In this document: in pieces, positions 17,053 to 25,821 of the stretch
Position numbering within the stretch: the first letter of the stretch is position 1
How the letters are laid out: every line of letters starts with the position of its first letter
DNA from: Bacillota bacterium
GTDB taxonomy: Bacteria > Bacillota > Sulfobacillia > JACIYH01
Direction of reading: 5' to 3'
DNA length: 61,853 nucleotides
NCBI GenBank assembly: GCA_014360055.1
Contig: JACIYH010000004.1
Coordinates: forward strand, 1-61,853
Translations under genes and position numbers: made by a program
Notes under the pieces: generated by a model
The model's input: only the letters and a program-made list of their open reading frames with translations
Told to the model about the DNA's origin: nothing
The model's database searches: none

Positions 17053-17508
17053 CTAGCGGGGGACGAAAGTGACGCGGATGTTGGTGTAATACAACTGGGT
17101 CAGTCCCTCGAACCCGGAGTCGGTCCCTATCACGACCCAGGCTTCCGCCCGGTCGCCGGTCGTTATCTCACATTCGTGCTGGAAGGACTTGTACTCGTAC
17201 GAATCGTCCTGGGAGCCGGTCTTTTCGATATTGCCCAGTACGACCGGGGCGTTGCCGCCCCCGGCCTGGTTTCCCTTATCGAAGCTGACCCGGTAGTACC
17301 CGTCCCCGCCGACCGCGGGCGCCGGGTCGGAGGTGACTACGCCTGCCTTGACGTATACGCTGCCCCCCAGGGAACCCCCGATTCCGATCAGGCCCGGCGC
17401 CACGTTGGTGGCCAGGTCGAAAGACAGCCTGACCGTGTAGGTGGTGCGCCGCTTTAACCCGTCCTCTTTGCCGAATTTCCTGGCGATGAACATGAAGAGG
17501 TCTGCCAT
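17053..17508 (-). CDS. hypothetical protein
   Basis: Coding-like, non-filler composition (MADLFMFIARKFGKEDGLKRRTTYTVRLSFDL...YYTNIRVTFVPR). I recognise no family. Confidence 0.4.
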   Translation of the reverse strand: MADLFMFIARKFGKEDGLKRRTTYTVRLSFDLATNVAPGLIGIGGSLGGSVYVKAGVVTSDPAPAVGGDGYYRVSFDKGNQAGGGNAPVVLGNIEKTGSQDDSYEYKSFQHECEITTGDRAEAWVVIGTDSGFEGLTQLYYTNIRVTFVPR

Positions 17509-17607
17509 CCCTCGGGCCCGTTGCTGAAGTGTAAGGTGACTTCCAGCGGTTTGGTTCCACACCGAGGGTGTTGCCCCCCCCTGAGAAGGGGGGTTTTCGC
17601 CGCCTGC

Positions 17608-18606
17608 TTACCGGAGGCGCGAGGGAAAACCCTTATTGTGGGGTGCACCCAGGTAGCGCTCGACCGCCCTGGCCACTTCCCTCCCCGATGCCAGCCTCTT
17701 GATCAGGGGTTGGCCGTCCACACAGACTCCGCGGGTCAATCCGTACTCCTGCACCACCGCCCGCTCGTCGGTGTTGACCAGGCGCACTTCCACGTCGAAT
17801 TGCCCCAGAGCTCTCACGGCGCCGTCGATCATCCAGCCCGACCAGGGACACTGGCTGCTGTGCAGTACTTCCACCACATGACGGGTGGCCGGCACCACCC
17901 TCCTCGTGCGCGGACGTATCAGGGAGGGTCTGCGAGCACCACCCGGGTCCGGACGGACGGAGGGCCCACCGATACCCGGGTCCGGACGGACGGAGGGCCG
18001 ACCGACACCCAGGTCCGGATGGACGGAGGGCCTACCAGTACCACCCAGGTCGAGATGGAGGAGTACCCGGCTGCCGTCCCTGTCAACTTCCGAAAACCCC
18101 CATCTCTTGAAGAACCTCACAGGCATGTACGGGAAGTAGCCGAACCACTTGTCCCTCTCGTACCCAAGTAGGGTGATGCCACCGTACGGGTGCGGTGACG
18201 ATGGCGCCGACGGCGACGGTGACGATTGCGGAGACGACGACGGTGACGATGACGGCAACGGCAGGGACGATGACGGGGGCGACGGCGGCGGGTCGAGGGT
18301 GTCGCGGGCGCGCGCGATAACGTGTTCCATCAGCGCTCTGGCCACGCCAGTCTTCCAGTAGCGGGGCAGGACCCAGAGGCAGTTGATGAAGAGGCAGCCC
18401 TCGCCGTTGACGGGTTCCGCTGCCCATTCGATGGGAACGTATTCCATTAGGCCCTGCTTCTCGCCCTCCTCCCCAAGGGCGATGGCCACGCGCAGGCCCC
18501 TATCCACCATACGCTGGAGCCACGCCTTTCTCTGCTCCATGTAAGGTGTCATGACCCGGAGCATCCTGGGAGGGTCATCGGGATGGAGGCAGAGCCCTTC
18601 CACCAA
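17608..18606 (-). CDS. GNAT acetyltransferase with YoaP-like C-terminal domain, interrupted by repeat inserts
   Basis: GNAT-like segment ..FINCLWVLPRYWKTGVARALMEHV.. . C-terminal thioredoxin-like segment EVLHSSQCPWSGWMIDGA..VNTDERAVVQEYGLTRGVCVDG, like YoaP as I recall it. It carries a Ser/Pro-rich insert and a GRPSV(H/R)PD(L/P)G triple repeat. Confidence 0.5.
   Translation of the reverse strand: MVEGLCLHPDDPPRMLRVMTPYMEQRKAWLQRMVDRGLRVAIALGEEGEKQGLMEYVPIEWAAEPVNGEGCLFINCLWVLPRYWKTGVARALMEHVIARARDTLDPPPSPPSSSLPLPSSSPSSSPQSSPSPSAPSSPHPYGGITLLGYERDKWFGYFPYMPVRFFKRWGFSEVDRDGSRVLLHLDLGGTGRPSVHPDLGVGRPSVRPDPGIGGPSVRPDPGGARRPSLIRPRTRRVVPATRHVVEVLHSSQCPWSGWMIDGAVRALGQFDVEVRLVNTDERAVVQEYGLTRGVCVDGQPLIKRLASGREVARAVERYLGAPHNKGFPSRLR
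17941..18055. repeat. 33-nt in-frame tandem repeat (about 3.4 copies) inside the GNAT/YoaP gene
   Basis: The unit acccgggtccggacggacggagggcccaccgat starts at 17941, 17974 and 18007, with a partial copy at 18043. Confidence 0.8.
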
Positions 18607-18670
18607 CTATGGGTTGTCTCCCGAAAACTCTACGATGCGGACGGTCATCGTGGTTCACCCCGCGACCGCG

Positions 18671-19134
18671 CTAGCGGCGGCGTTGCTCGAGTTCCAGGCG
18701 CATCGGGTTGTGAGCGATGTCGTCGGTCGTCGGCCGGACCTCGTCTGGTCCCGGGCGGCGCGCCATGTCCTCCTGGAAGGGGAACTGGACGATCACCACC
18801 GTGTGGCATGATGGCTTGGCGGCCCGGGCGGCCTGCAGGGTGAAAAAGCCCATAGTGCCCGCCCCGAAGACGAGGACGCGCTCGCCCGGCCGGGGAGCGC
18901 GGCCGGGGCGATCCCGAGATCGCCTCGCCCGAATGCGAGGTGCAGCTCGCTGCCGCAGATGCCACAGGCGCGGTTGCGCATCCTGACCCAGTTCGGGCCG
19001 GGTAGGGGCGGTGGCGGGACGTCCGCCACACGGACTAGACCCAGGCGGCTGAAGTAGATGGAAGGGAATACCCTTCCCAGGAGTCGCGTGGCCACCAGGG
19101 AAGCGGGACGGAACTCTACATAGGCGGTCTTCAC
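18671..19134 (-). pseudogene. zinc-type alcohol dehydrogenase (MDR) remnant
   Basis: One frame gives the N-terminus MKTAYVEF...PGPNWVRMRNRACGICGSELH. Another frame gives the NAD-binding GERVLVFGAGTMGFFTLQAARAAK. About 90 aa that normally separate these are missing, and the frames differ. Confidence 0.6.
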
Positions 19135-19346
19135 CGTCTTGTCCTCCGCGGTCCGCCGGGGCCGTGGCCACGGTGCCTGCTGCCTGCGTCCGCTTGTACC
19201 TCGCCAGAGGCGAACCGTTTCGCTGGACAGCTACTTCGACGCAGGCGTGCCATTTCCTGCCGGGCCGGCTGCGGGGAGGAGACCACCCGGAGAGCCATAG
19301 AGCCTGTATGGAGCGGCACCGAGTGCCGGACAGGGGCTGGTGAGTG

Positions 19347-19450
19347 CCGCATGAGGGCTGCCCGGCAGCTGGCGACGGCCGCATGAGGGCTGCCCGGCAG
19401 CTGGCGACGGCCGCATGAGGGCTGCCCGGCAGTGAATCAAGGCCGCATGG
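19347..19450. repeat. 32-nt tandem repeat (about 3.2 copies), each unit with a small palindrome
   Basis: The unit ccgcatgagggctgcccggcagctggcgacgg starts at 19347, 19379 and 19411, with a partial copy at 19443. Each unit contains gctgc-ccg-gcagc. Confidence 0.8.
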
Positions 19451-19754
19451 AGTTGCCACCGTCAAAGCGCGTATACTGCGCGAGTTCCTCGAAACGTTTC
19501 GGCCCGTGCCGACTCGGGCGAGATGTTTACCTTCGCCGCCGGGTCAAGTTCCCGCCCCCGCCGGCGACGCGTGGAACACTAGGTATGCTGCTGCGTCAGG
19601 ACAGGTGGTTGGGTCCGGACGTGCCGGGTGGCTGCGGCCCGAGCGTGGGGCCGGGGCCAGAGTGTGTGGCTGCGGCCAGGGCGGGGTGACTGTGGCCAGG
19701 GCGGGTGGCTGCCGCCAGGTCGGCGTGGCCAGGGCGGGGGGTTGCGGGGCAGCT

Positions 19755-20642
19755 ATGGAGATTCCGTCAGCGCGTTGGTACCGTGCCATAGGAGAGAGAC
19801 ACAGCCGTCGGCGCTTTGAGCCGCGCCCGGTTGAGCCGGCGCTGCTTGCACGCCTGGTGGCCGTTTGCGAGGGGTTCCGCCCGTATGACGAAGCGCGGGC
19901 AGTGCTGGTGGCACGGCCAGCGGACGAGGTCTTGAGGGGCGTGGTCGGTAGCTATGGGCAGGTCAAGGGGGCACCTGCCTACGCAGCACTGGTGGGAAGA
20001 ACGGACAGCCCGTACGTGCATGAACGGTTGGGGTATACCGGCGAGGCCGTGGTGCTGGAGGCCACCTCGCTCGGGCTGGGTACGTGCTGGGTGGGTGGCT
20101 TCTTCCGTCCTGAGGTGGCCGCCCGCCTGCTGGGTGTGGCTGCCGGGGAACGGGTGATGGCGGTCATACCGCTGGGCTACCCGGGCCCTCGCAGCCGGGA
20201 AGAGTCAATCATGAGCGGCTTTGTCCACTCGCACCGTCGCAAGCCGCTGGCGGAGCTCACGGCGCGCGGTGCCCCCGGCGCTGTCGACGATCCTGCCCGG
20301 TGGCCGGCGTGGGTGAGGGCAGCGCTGGAGGCGGCTCGGCTGGCGCCCTCGGCGATGAACCGTCAGCCCTGGCGGTTTGCGGTTAGCGCTGAGCCCGCCG
20401 CCGCTGACAGCCCGGCTGGTGTTGACGGCCCGGGCGGTGCTGAACGGCCGGCTGGGGCTGAGGGCCCGGTCTGGACGATCACCGTCGGGGTGGCCGGAGG
20501 GCGCCAGACAGGCGAGATCAGCAGGCGATTGGACTGCGGGATCGCTATGCTCCATCTGGAAGTCGCTGCCCTTGCGCACGGGGTGCGCGGAGCCTGGGAG
20601 CCACTGCCTCCGCCTGGTGTGGCCCGCTTTTGGCCCCGGTGA
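19755..20642 (+). CDS. nitroreductase family protein
   Basis: MEIPSARWYRAIGERHSRRRFEPRPV...GLGTCWVGGFF...APSAMNRQPWRF. I start it at ATG 19755; the upstream 83 codons are repeat filler. Confidence 0.7.
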   Translation: MEIPSARWYRAIGERHSRRRFEPRPVEPALLARLVAVCEGFRPYDEARAVLVARPADEVLRGVVGSYGQVKGAPAYAALVGRTDSPYVHERLGYTGEAVVLEATSLGLGTCWVGGFFRPEVAARLLGVAAGERVMAVIPLGYPGPRSREESIMSGFVHSHRRKPLAELTARGAPGAVDDPARWPAWVRAALEAARLAPSAMNRQPWRFAVSAEPAAADSPAGVDGPGGAERPAGAEGPVWTITVGVAGGRQTGEISRRLDCGIAMLHLEVAALAHGVRGAWEPLPPPGVARFWPR

Positions 20643-20678
20643 GGGTGAGCAGTGCTCCATGAGGGGGGGCTGGGCCGC

Positions 20679-21572
20679 TTACCCCGGTTGGGTTCGAGGT
20701 CCCTGCGGTGGTTGAGGTCCTTGCGGTGGTTGAGGTCCCTGGGGCGGTTGAGGTCCTTGCGGTGGTTGAAGTCCTTGCGGCGGTTGCCGGGGTACCTGTG
20801 CCGGTTGTAACCCCCGTCCACGGCGGGCGGCTCGGATGTACTGGCGGCTCATATACGTGAGGTATCGGAGGATGGGGTCGTCTGGAGGGAGGTCGCGTAG
20901 AGGGAGGAGCCCGCGTACTTTCTCGGTCATGGTCTTAAAATTCAGGTCCTTCGCTGTAATGGTGATGAGGTGGATACCATGTTCCTGACAGAGCGCTTTC
21001 TTGATGTAGTCCCGGGCCATGGTCTCCCGGGCCCGGTCTGGATCAGGGAAGGCATCTGTCGGCCCGTAATGCTGGGGGCCGTTGAACTCGAAGGCCACGC
21101 GCTCTTTCAGGTAGTAGCGGTCGAACTCCAGGCAGGCGCCGGTGGCGGGATTGCGGATGGATCCCAGGCGGGCGTTGTTGTCGTACTCTGTGGACGCCAC
21201 TATGAGATCCAACCACTCCCGCATCAGGGCTTCTCCCTTGAAGCTGGCAGGCCCGAGGCGTGCCCGCACTTGGTTCAGTTCAGCATGGCGTTGTTCAAGG
21301 ATCGGGTTACGCAAGGTGAAGACGGTCTGACGGCCTGCCGCCCGCTCGAGTCGCAGCCATCCCGCCTGCTCCAGGGCCGCGACGCATTTACGCAGCGTAG
21401 CCGGGTCTACGCGGAGGGCCTGGGCCAACGCGGCCTGAGTCCCCCGCCATTGACGGGTCTGAGGTTCGCATTTCCCCAGAAGATAGATGTAGACGAACCT
21501 GGCCCCGATGGATAGCTCCGCGTTGACCAACTCAAGCGGCACGACGAGACCCGTCACTACTCCCACCTCCAT
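20679..21572 (-). CDS. wHTH + PD-(D/E)xK-like (DUF559/Vsr-like) nuclease-domain protein with a C-terminal (QPPQGP)5 repeat
   Basis: N-terminal wHTH (GTQAALAQALRVDPATLRKCVAALEQAGWLRL). Central CLEFDRYYLKERVAFEFNGPQHYG...ARDYIKKALCQEHGIHLITI resembles the D..(h)E.(D/N)G.QH endonuclease core. The 18-nt tandem repeats lie at about 20690-20790. ATG 21572 sits behind GGGGAGAAGG; ATG 21587 is an alternative. Confidence 0.5.
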   Translation of the reverse strand: MEVGVVTGLVVPLELVNAELSIGARFVYIYLLGKCEPQTRQWRGTQAALAQALRVDPATLRKCVAALEQAGWLRLERAAGRQTVFTLRNPILEQRHAELNQVRARLGPASFKGEALMREWLDLIVASTEYDNNARLGSIRNPATGACLEFDRYYLKERVAFEFNGPQHYGPTDAFPDPDRARETMARDYIKKALCQEHGIHLITITAKDLNFKTMTEKVRGLLPLRDLPPDDPILRYLTYMSRQYIRAARRGRGLQPAQVPRQPPQGLQPPQGPQPPQGPQPPQGPQPPQGPRTQPG

Positions 21573-21602
21573 GCGCCTTCTCCCCATTATTTGACACGTA
21601 CT

Positions 21603-22192
21603 CCAGTATTCTCCTGCAAACTGGCGTTTTGCCCGCTATCTCCGTCCTGCGAAAAGTGGTCGGGGTCGTTCGTCGGACGGGGCAGAGGCAATCAGGGAAA
21701 ATTTCGCTGCTTCTGTCCCGGGGATGGGACGAATTCTTCCGCTTATCGTTGGCGAGGGGCCGGTAGAGCAGGGCGGGCATCTGGGGAGAAGTGCCAAAAG
21801 GCTGCTGCCGTCGGGATTATGAGGTTACAAGTTCGACAACGAGATGCGTAGATGCATGGGTTGTCGACTTGTGCGCTGCAGAGGCGGGGTGGTTGGCGGG
21901 ACAAATGAGGGTGAGACCCCCCTCGGACAGGTGTTGGCACCGCAGAATGTGAATTCTTCGCAGCCACCCGGCGGGACAGAGGGCGAAGAAATCACTTCGA
22001 AGGGCGGCGCGCTGGTCGGTGTCAGGAGCCGGCGAGGGGCGGCGCGCTGGTCGGTGTCAGGAGCCGGCGAAGGGCGGCGCGCTGGTCAGTGTCAGGAGCC
22101 GGCGAGTTGCGGCGCTCTGGTCGGTGCCAGGGGAAGTAAGGCGGGGTGGGTGCGCCTGTAGCGGGAGCCCCGGGCGCCCGGGGCTGGGGTGG
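21603..22192 (+). repeat. left copy (about 590 nt) of a long imperfect inverted repeat
   Basis: Its reverse complement aligns by eye with 34105..34598. The core 21799-21893 differs at 1 position from the partner. Long hairpin at 21827-21872 (acaagt-t-cgacaac ... gttgtcgacttgt). Boundaries are approximate. Confidence 0.8.
22002..22131. repeat. 35-nt tandem repeat (about 3.6 copies) inside the left inverted-repeat copy
   Basis: The unit gggcggcgcgctggtcggtgtcaggagccggcgag starts at 22002, 22037 and 22072, with a degenerate copy at about 22107. The right copy carries only one unit. Confidence 0.8.
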
Positions 22193-23214
22193 CCGCGCGA
22201 TGGGAGGGTTCTGCGGGTAGGTCGTTGAAGTCGTTCGCAGGGGGGTGCGTTTTGCTCTGGGATCCGACGATTACGGATGTCTACCGGGCGCGGGCGGTGG
22301 TGAGCAGGTTCCTGCGTCCGACGCCGCTACTCAAGCCGGCCGCGCTCGGCGAAGCCCTGGGGTGCGAGGCCTGGCTCAAGTGTGAGAACCTGCAGCCCAT
22401 CGGCGCGTTCAAGGTCCGGGGTGGGCTGAACCTGGTGTCGCGGCTCACTGCGGAGGAGAGGGAACGCGGGGTGATCACCGCCTCGACGGGCAACCACGGG
22501 CAGTCCATCGCCTTCGCGGCGCGGGCGTTCGGGGTGAAGGCGGTGATCGCTGCTCCCGAGGGCGCCAACCCCTACAAGGTGGAGGCCATGCGGCGCCTGG
22601 GGGCGGAGGTGGTCCTGCGGGGGAAGGACTTCGACGAGGCGCGCGAGTGGGTGGAGGAGGAGGCGCAGCGCCGGGGGTACCGGTACGTGCACTCGATGAA
22701 CGAGCCCCTCCTCATCGCCGGGGTGGCGACTGCCTATTTGGAAATCCTGGAGGAAGTGCCCGACCTGGATTACATCATCGTGCCCATCGGGGGCGGCAGC
22801 GGGGCTTCCGGGGCCTGCATCGTGGCCAAGAGCCTTAATCCCGCCATCCGGGTGATCGGCGTGCAGGCCGAACGCGCACCGGCGGTCTACCAGTCGTGGA
22901 AGCAGGGGCGCCTCGTGGAGACGCCGGATTGTGATACCTTCGCCGAGGGGCTGGCCACGCGGGTGGCGTTTGAGTTGCCCTTCCGCATCCTTCGCCGTCA
23001 CCTCGACGACATGGTGCTGGTGTCGGAGGAGGAGATGAAGGCGGCCGTCGTCCTGCTCCTGGAGACGGCTCACCAGTTGGCCGAAGGGGCGGGGGCGGCG
23101 GCCACTGCGGCCGCGCTCAAGATGCGGGATCAACTGGCGGGTAAGAGAGTGGCGCTCGTGCTCTCCGGAGGGAACATCACCGTAGAGACGCTCCGCGGCA
23201 TCCTGTGCCGCTAA
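22189..23214 (+). CDS. threonine/serine dehydratase-family PLP enzyme
   Basis: PLP-lysine region ENLQPIGAFKVRGG, then ASTGNHGQSIAFAA and the Gly-rich loop PIGGGSGASG. The true start is probably TTG 22251, behind AGGGGGG. Confidence 0.8.
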   Translation: MAARWEGSAGRSLKSFAGGCVLLWDPTITDVYRARAVVSRFLRPTPLLKPAALGEALGCEAWLKCENLQPIGAFKVRGGLNLVSRLTAEERERGVITASTGNHGQSIAFAARAFGVKAVIAAPEGANPYKVEAMRRLGAEVVLRGKDFDEAREWVEEEAQRRGYRYVHSMNEPLLIAGVATAYLEILEEVPDLDYIIVPIGGGSGASGACIVAKSLNPAIRVIGVQAERAPAVYQSWKQGRLVETPDCDTFAEGLATRVAFELPFRILRRHLDDMVLVSEEEMKAAVVLLLETAHQLAEGAGAAATAAALKMRDQLAGKRVALVLSGGNITVETLRGILCR

Positions 23215-23266
23215 GGCTGCATGAGTTATGGACCGCCCCAGGCCCGGTCGTGAGGTGTGGCGGGTA

Positions 23267-24127
23267 TCAGTGGCGGCGCGGCGGGGTGTGCGCCGGGCAG
23301 CGGGCGACCAGGCCCCGGGATTGCAGCTGGTTGAGGGCGTTGGTGACGAGGAAGGCGGGGATGGGCAGGGCGCGGCAGATGTGCTGCTCTGAGGCGGCAC
23401 CGGCCAGTTGCAGGTAGTGGAGGACGACTTCCTCGGTGGCGCGGGAGCGGGCCAGGGATGCCGCCGCCGCCACCGCCGCGGGAAACCGGCGGGCGAAGGT
23501 GTCCCACACGTACGTGTATCGGCGCGGTCCCTCGGGCCGGGTGCCCGCCGGGACCAGGAGCATGGCCGTCTGTAGCTCCGTCAGGGCGCGGTCGAGGGTG
23601 GTCCGGCTCACGGCGAAGTGCCGCCCGAGTTCGATGGTGGAGGTCGGGCCTGACGCGGCGATCCGCTCGTAGATGGTGCAGGCGAAGGCCCCTATACGGG
23701 CCTCCTCGCGCGCGTTCAGGCAGTCGTCCTCGTCGCCCAGATTCCCTACCATGGCGTAAAAACGGGGCAACATCTGCGACGAGACGTACGTGGGCTTCCG
23801 TTGCACGAGCTTGGCGTAATAGAGCCGACCGGACTCGAGGAAGGAGTCCTTCCAGGTCCAGGCCCAGTCCCAGCGGGTGTCTTCGTCATCCGTGGGGAGC
23901 AGTTCGAAAAGGGCGGGCACGGCTGCCACGGGGAAGGGGTGGTCCGGTGGTTCGGGGGTGAAGGCGTGGCAGAAGCCGAGTTGATCCACCAGGCGCAGGA
24001 CCTGCTCCGGTCCCGACACGCGGGGGCCTTCCCTCCGCCTGAGCCGCAGTGCTGCCGCCTGCCACACGGTCCTGTCACCTGGCGCACTGCGTATCGCAGA
24101 GCCGGCAATGCCTGTCCAGTACCACAT
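23267..24127 (-). CDS. multi-winged-helix protein (possibly AlkZ/YcaQ-like)
   Basis: Two wHTH-like segments: IYERIAASGPTSTIELGRHFAVSRTTLDRALTELQ and LHYLQLAGAASEQHICRALPIPAFLVTNALNQLQSRGLV. I chose the start at ATG 24127 to avoid the Pro-rich N-terminal filler that overlaps the DUF3795 gene. The family call is tentative. Confidence 0.4.
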   Translation of the reverse strand: MWYWTGIAGSAIRSAPGDRTVWQAAALRLRRREGPRVSGPEQVLRLVDQLGFCHAFTPEPPDHPFPVAAVPALFELLPTDDEDTRWDWAWTWKDSFLESGRLYYAKLVQRKPTYVSSQMLPRFYAMVGNLGDEDDCLNAREEARIGAFACTIYERIAASGPTSTIELGRHFAVSRTTLDRALTELQTAMLLVPAGTRPEGPRRYTYVWDTFARRFPAAVAAAASLARSRATEEVVLHYLQLAGAASEQHICRALPIPAFLVTNALNQLQSRGLVARCPAHTPPRRH

Positions 24128-24335
24128 CACATAGAGGATAGCAGAACGGTTGTGCCGCCGCCACCATACGAGCGGGATGGGCGGGGCGGGTCCGACGCGG
24201 GGGGCACGGACGGGGCGGGGACACAGGGGGGCCGTTCTGCCGGGCGCATCTCCCGGGAAGGAGGCTGACATGGTGAGTGGCGAAGACCTGAGCAGACGTT
24301 CTGCGGGCGAAGGGAATCCGCCAGGAGGTGGTGTA

Positions 24336-24683
24336 ATGGACAGGTCGATGGTGGCGCCGTGCGGGCTGGATTGTGCCGTCTGCGACATTTACCTGGTGCA
24401 GACGGATCACGAAGTGAGGCGGCGGATGATCCGGTGGTTCCGCGAACACCGGGGTATCGAAGTGCGGGAAGAGGACATGCGTTGCGATGGCTGCCGCGGG
24501 GACCGCGCCAGGCACTGGTCCCCCGACTGCTGGATACTGAAGTGCTGCGTGGACGGGCGGCGCCTGGAGTACTGCAGCCAGTGCGGAGAGTTCGCCTGCT
24601 CGCGGCTGCAGGAATGGGCGGCCAGGCACGAGGACTACGGTCGTGCCCTGGCGCGCCTCAAGGGTATGGTGGAGAGCACCTGA
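24336..24683 (+). CDS. DUF3795-like Cys-rich protein
   Basis: MDRSMVAPCGLDCAVCDIY...CDGCRG...CWILKCC...YCSQCGEFAC. Strong RBS AGGAGGTG 6 nt upstream of ATG 24336. Confidence 0.65.
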   Translation: MDRSMVAPCGLDCAVCDIYLVQTDHEVRRRMIRWFREHRGIEVREEDMRCDGCRGDRARHWSPDCWILKCCVDGRRLEYCSQCGEFACSRLQEWAARHEDYGRALARLKGMVEST

Positions 24684-24765
24684 AGGCCCGGTCACCGCTC
24701 GAGGCGTGGACCCGGGTGGCTAGTTCGAACTGCACATTGAGGGGGCCGGTGCCTGAAAGGCGTGC

Positions 24766-25821
24766 TCAGGTGGCCACGAGCGTGCACCACTCCAGGGTGG
24801 TTTCCGCCACGGGAAGGGCGTCGATCCCGAACTCCGGGAGCAGTACGCTCCGGGGGGTGGGAAGCGCCCGGGCCCGGCGGACGTTGACGACCTCCACTCG
24901 CCATCCGGATCTTTCGAACAGGTCCAGGGCTTTGTCGCGGAAGAGAAAAGCGTCCAGGCCATGAGTCTCGATGGCATCCCGGTTAACGCGATCCTCCGGC
25001 GGGTAGAAACAGGAGATGGCGTAGAAAGTGCCGGATGTGATGCGCCTGAGTTCCCGCAGCAGATCGCCGGGGTGCTCGATGTTGGCGAGCCCGGCGAAGG
25101 TGGTCAGCGTACTGATGCTGCCGTCCCGGAAAGGGGTACGCCGGGCGTCGAAGGCGAGCAGGCTCACCCGGTCATACAGCCCCACCAACTCCAGGTAGCG
25201 GCGGTTGCGGCGGAGGACACGGAGACTGAAGTCACTGGCCACGATGGGACGGTCGAGGTGGCGGGCGAGCCTCTCCACCAGGCCGCATCGCCCCGATGCC
25301 AGGTCGACCACCGGGCGGTCGGCGGCAGGCCCACCGTGGCCGGCAGGCCCGCCGTGGGCGGCGGCAGCCCCACCGTGGCCGGCGAGGCGGTCGCACAGGT
25401 ACTTCATCTGGCTGTCTACCGCGGCATTGTACTCCTCGGTGTACAGTCTCGGTCCCGCCTGCGCCTCCAGGGCGGCCGCCGCTGCGTAATCGCCCCGCTC
25501 CTCGAGGGCCATGGCGCGGAAAAAGCGATCCGCGGCCGCGAGGGTCCCGGGGTCTGAGTTGAGCAGCCGGTCCTCGATGTCGGGGTGGGCGCGCAGGTAC
25601 CGGCTCAGGCCGCTTTCCACCTGCTCCCAGAGGTCGTGTCGGGTCAGGTCGGGTGTCAGGAAGACCCCGATGCCTTCCCGCACAGGGTATTGGGCCCCGC
25701 AGTCCGGGCAGCGGATGTCGGCCCGTTCGATGTGATCTCCGTGCGCTTCCTCGATGGTGAAGCGGAGATCATTCCGACAGGCGGGGCACTGAAGCATTTC
25801 CAGCAGATAGCGGTGCATCAT
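24766..25821 (-). CDS. Trm112-like zinc-ribbon fused to a class I SAM-dependent methyltransferase
   Basis: N-terminus LLEMLQCPACRNDL...IRCPDCGAQYPVREGIGVF (Trm112-type ribbon). Then VVDLASGRCG (motif I) and ..LLAFDARRTPF.. . ATG 25821 sits behind AAGGAGG and overlaps the upstream stop by 4 nt. Confidence 0.7.
   Translation of the reverse strand: MMHRYLLEMLQCPACRNDLRFTIEEAHGDHIERADIRCPDCGAQYPVREGIGVFLTPDLTRHDLWEQVESGLSRYLRAHPDIEDRLLNSDPGTLAAADRFFRAMALEERGDYAAAAALEAQAGPRLYTEEYNAAVDSQMKYLCDRLAGHGGAAAAHGGPAGHGGPAADRPVVDLASGRCGLVERLARHLDRPIVASDFSLRVLRRNRRYLELVGLYDRVSLLAFDARRTPFRDGSISTLTTFAGLANIEHPGDLLRELRRITSGTFYAISCFYPPEDRVNRDAIETHGLDAFLFRDKALDLFERSGWRVEVVNVRRARALPTPRSVLLPEFGIDALPVAETTLEWCTLVAT

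Noticed and set aside
21930-21950. TTGGCACCGCAG in both inverted-repeat copies as a sigma-54 -24 element.
   Set aside because: No TTGC or GC follows at the required -12 spacing (AATGT and AAGGT instead).
21960-22030. Resemblance of ACCCGGCGGGACAGAGGGCGA and CTGGTCGGTGTCAGGAG to conserved segments of the guanidine-I (ykkC) riboswitch. This was tempting given the guanidino-compound hypothesis.
   Set aside because: The segments are in the wrong order. The CTAGGGTTCCG-type 5' element is absent, and the second segment is part of a tandem repeat. The similarity is too loose without a covariance-model score.
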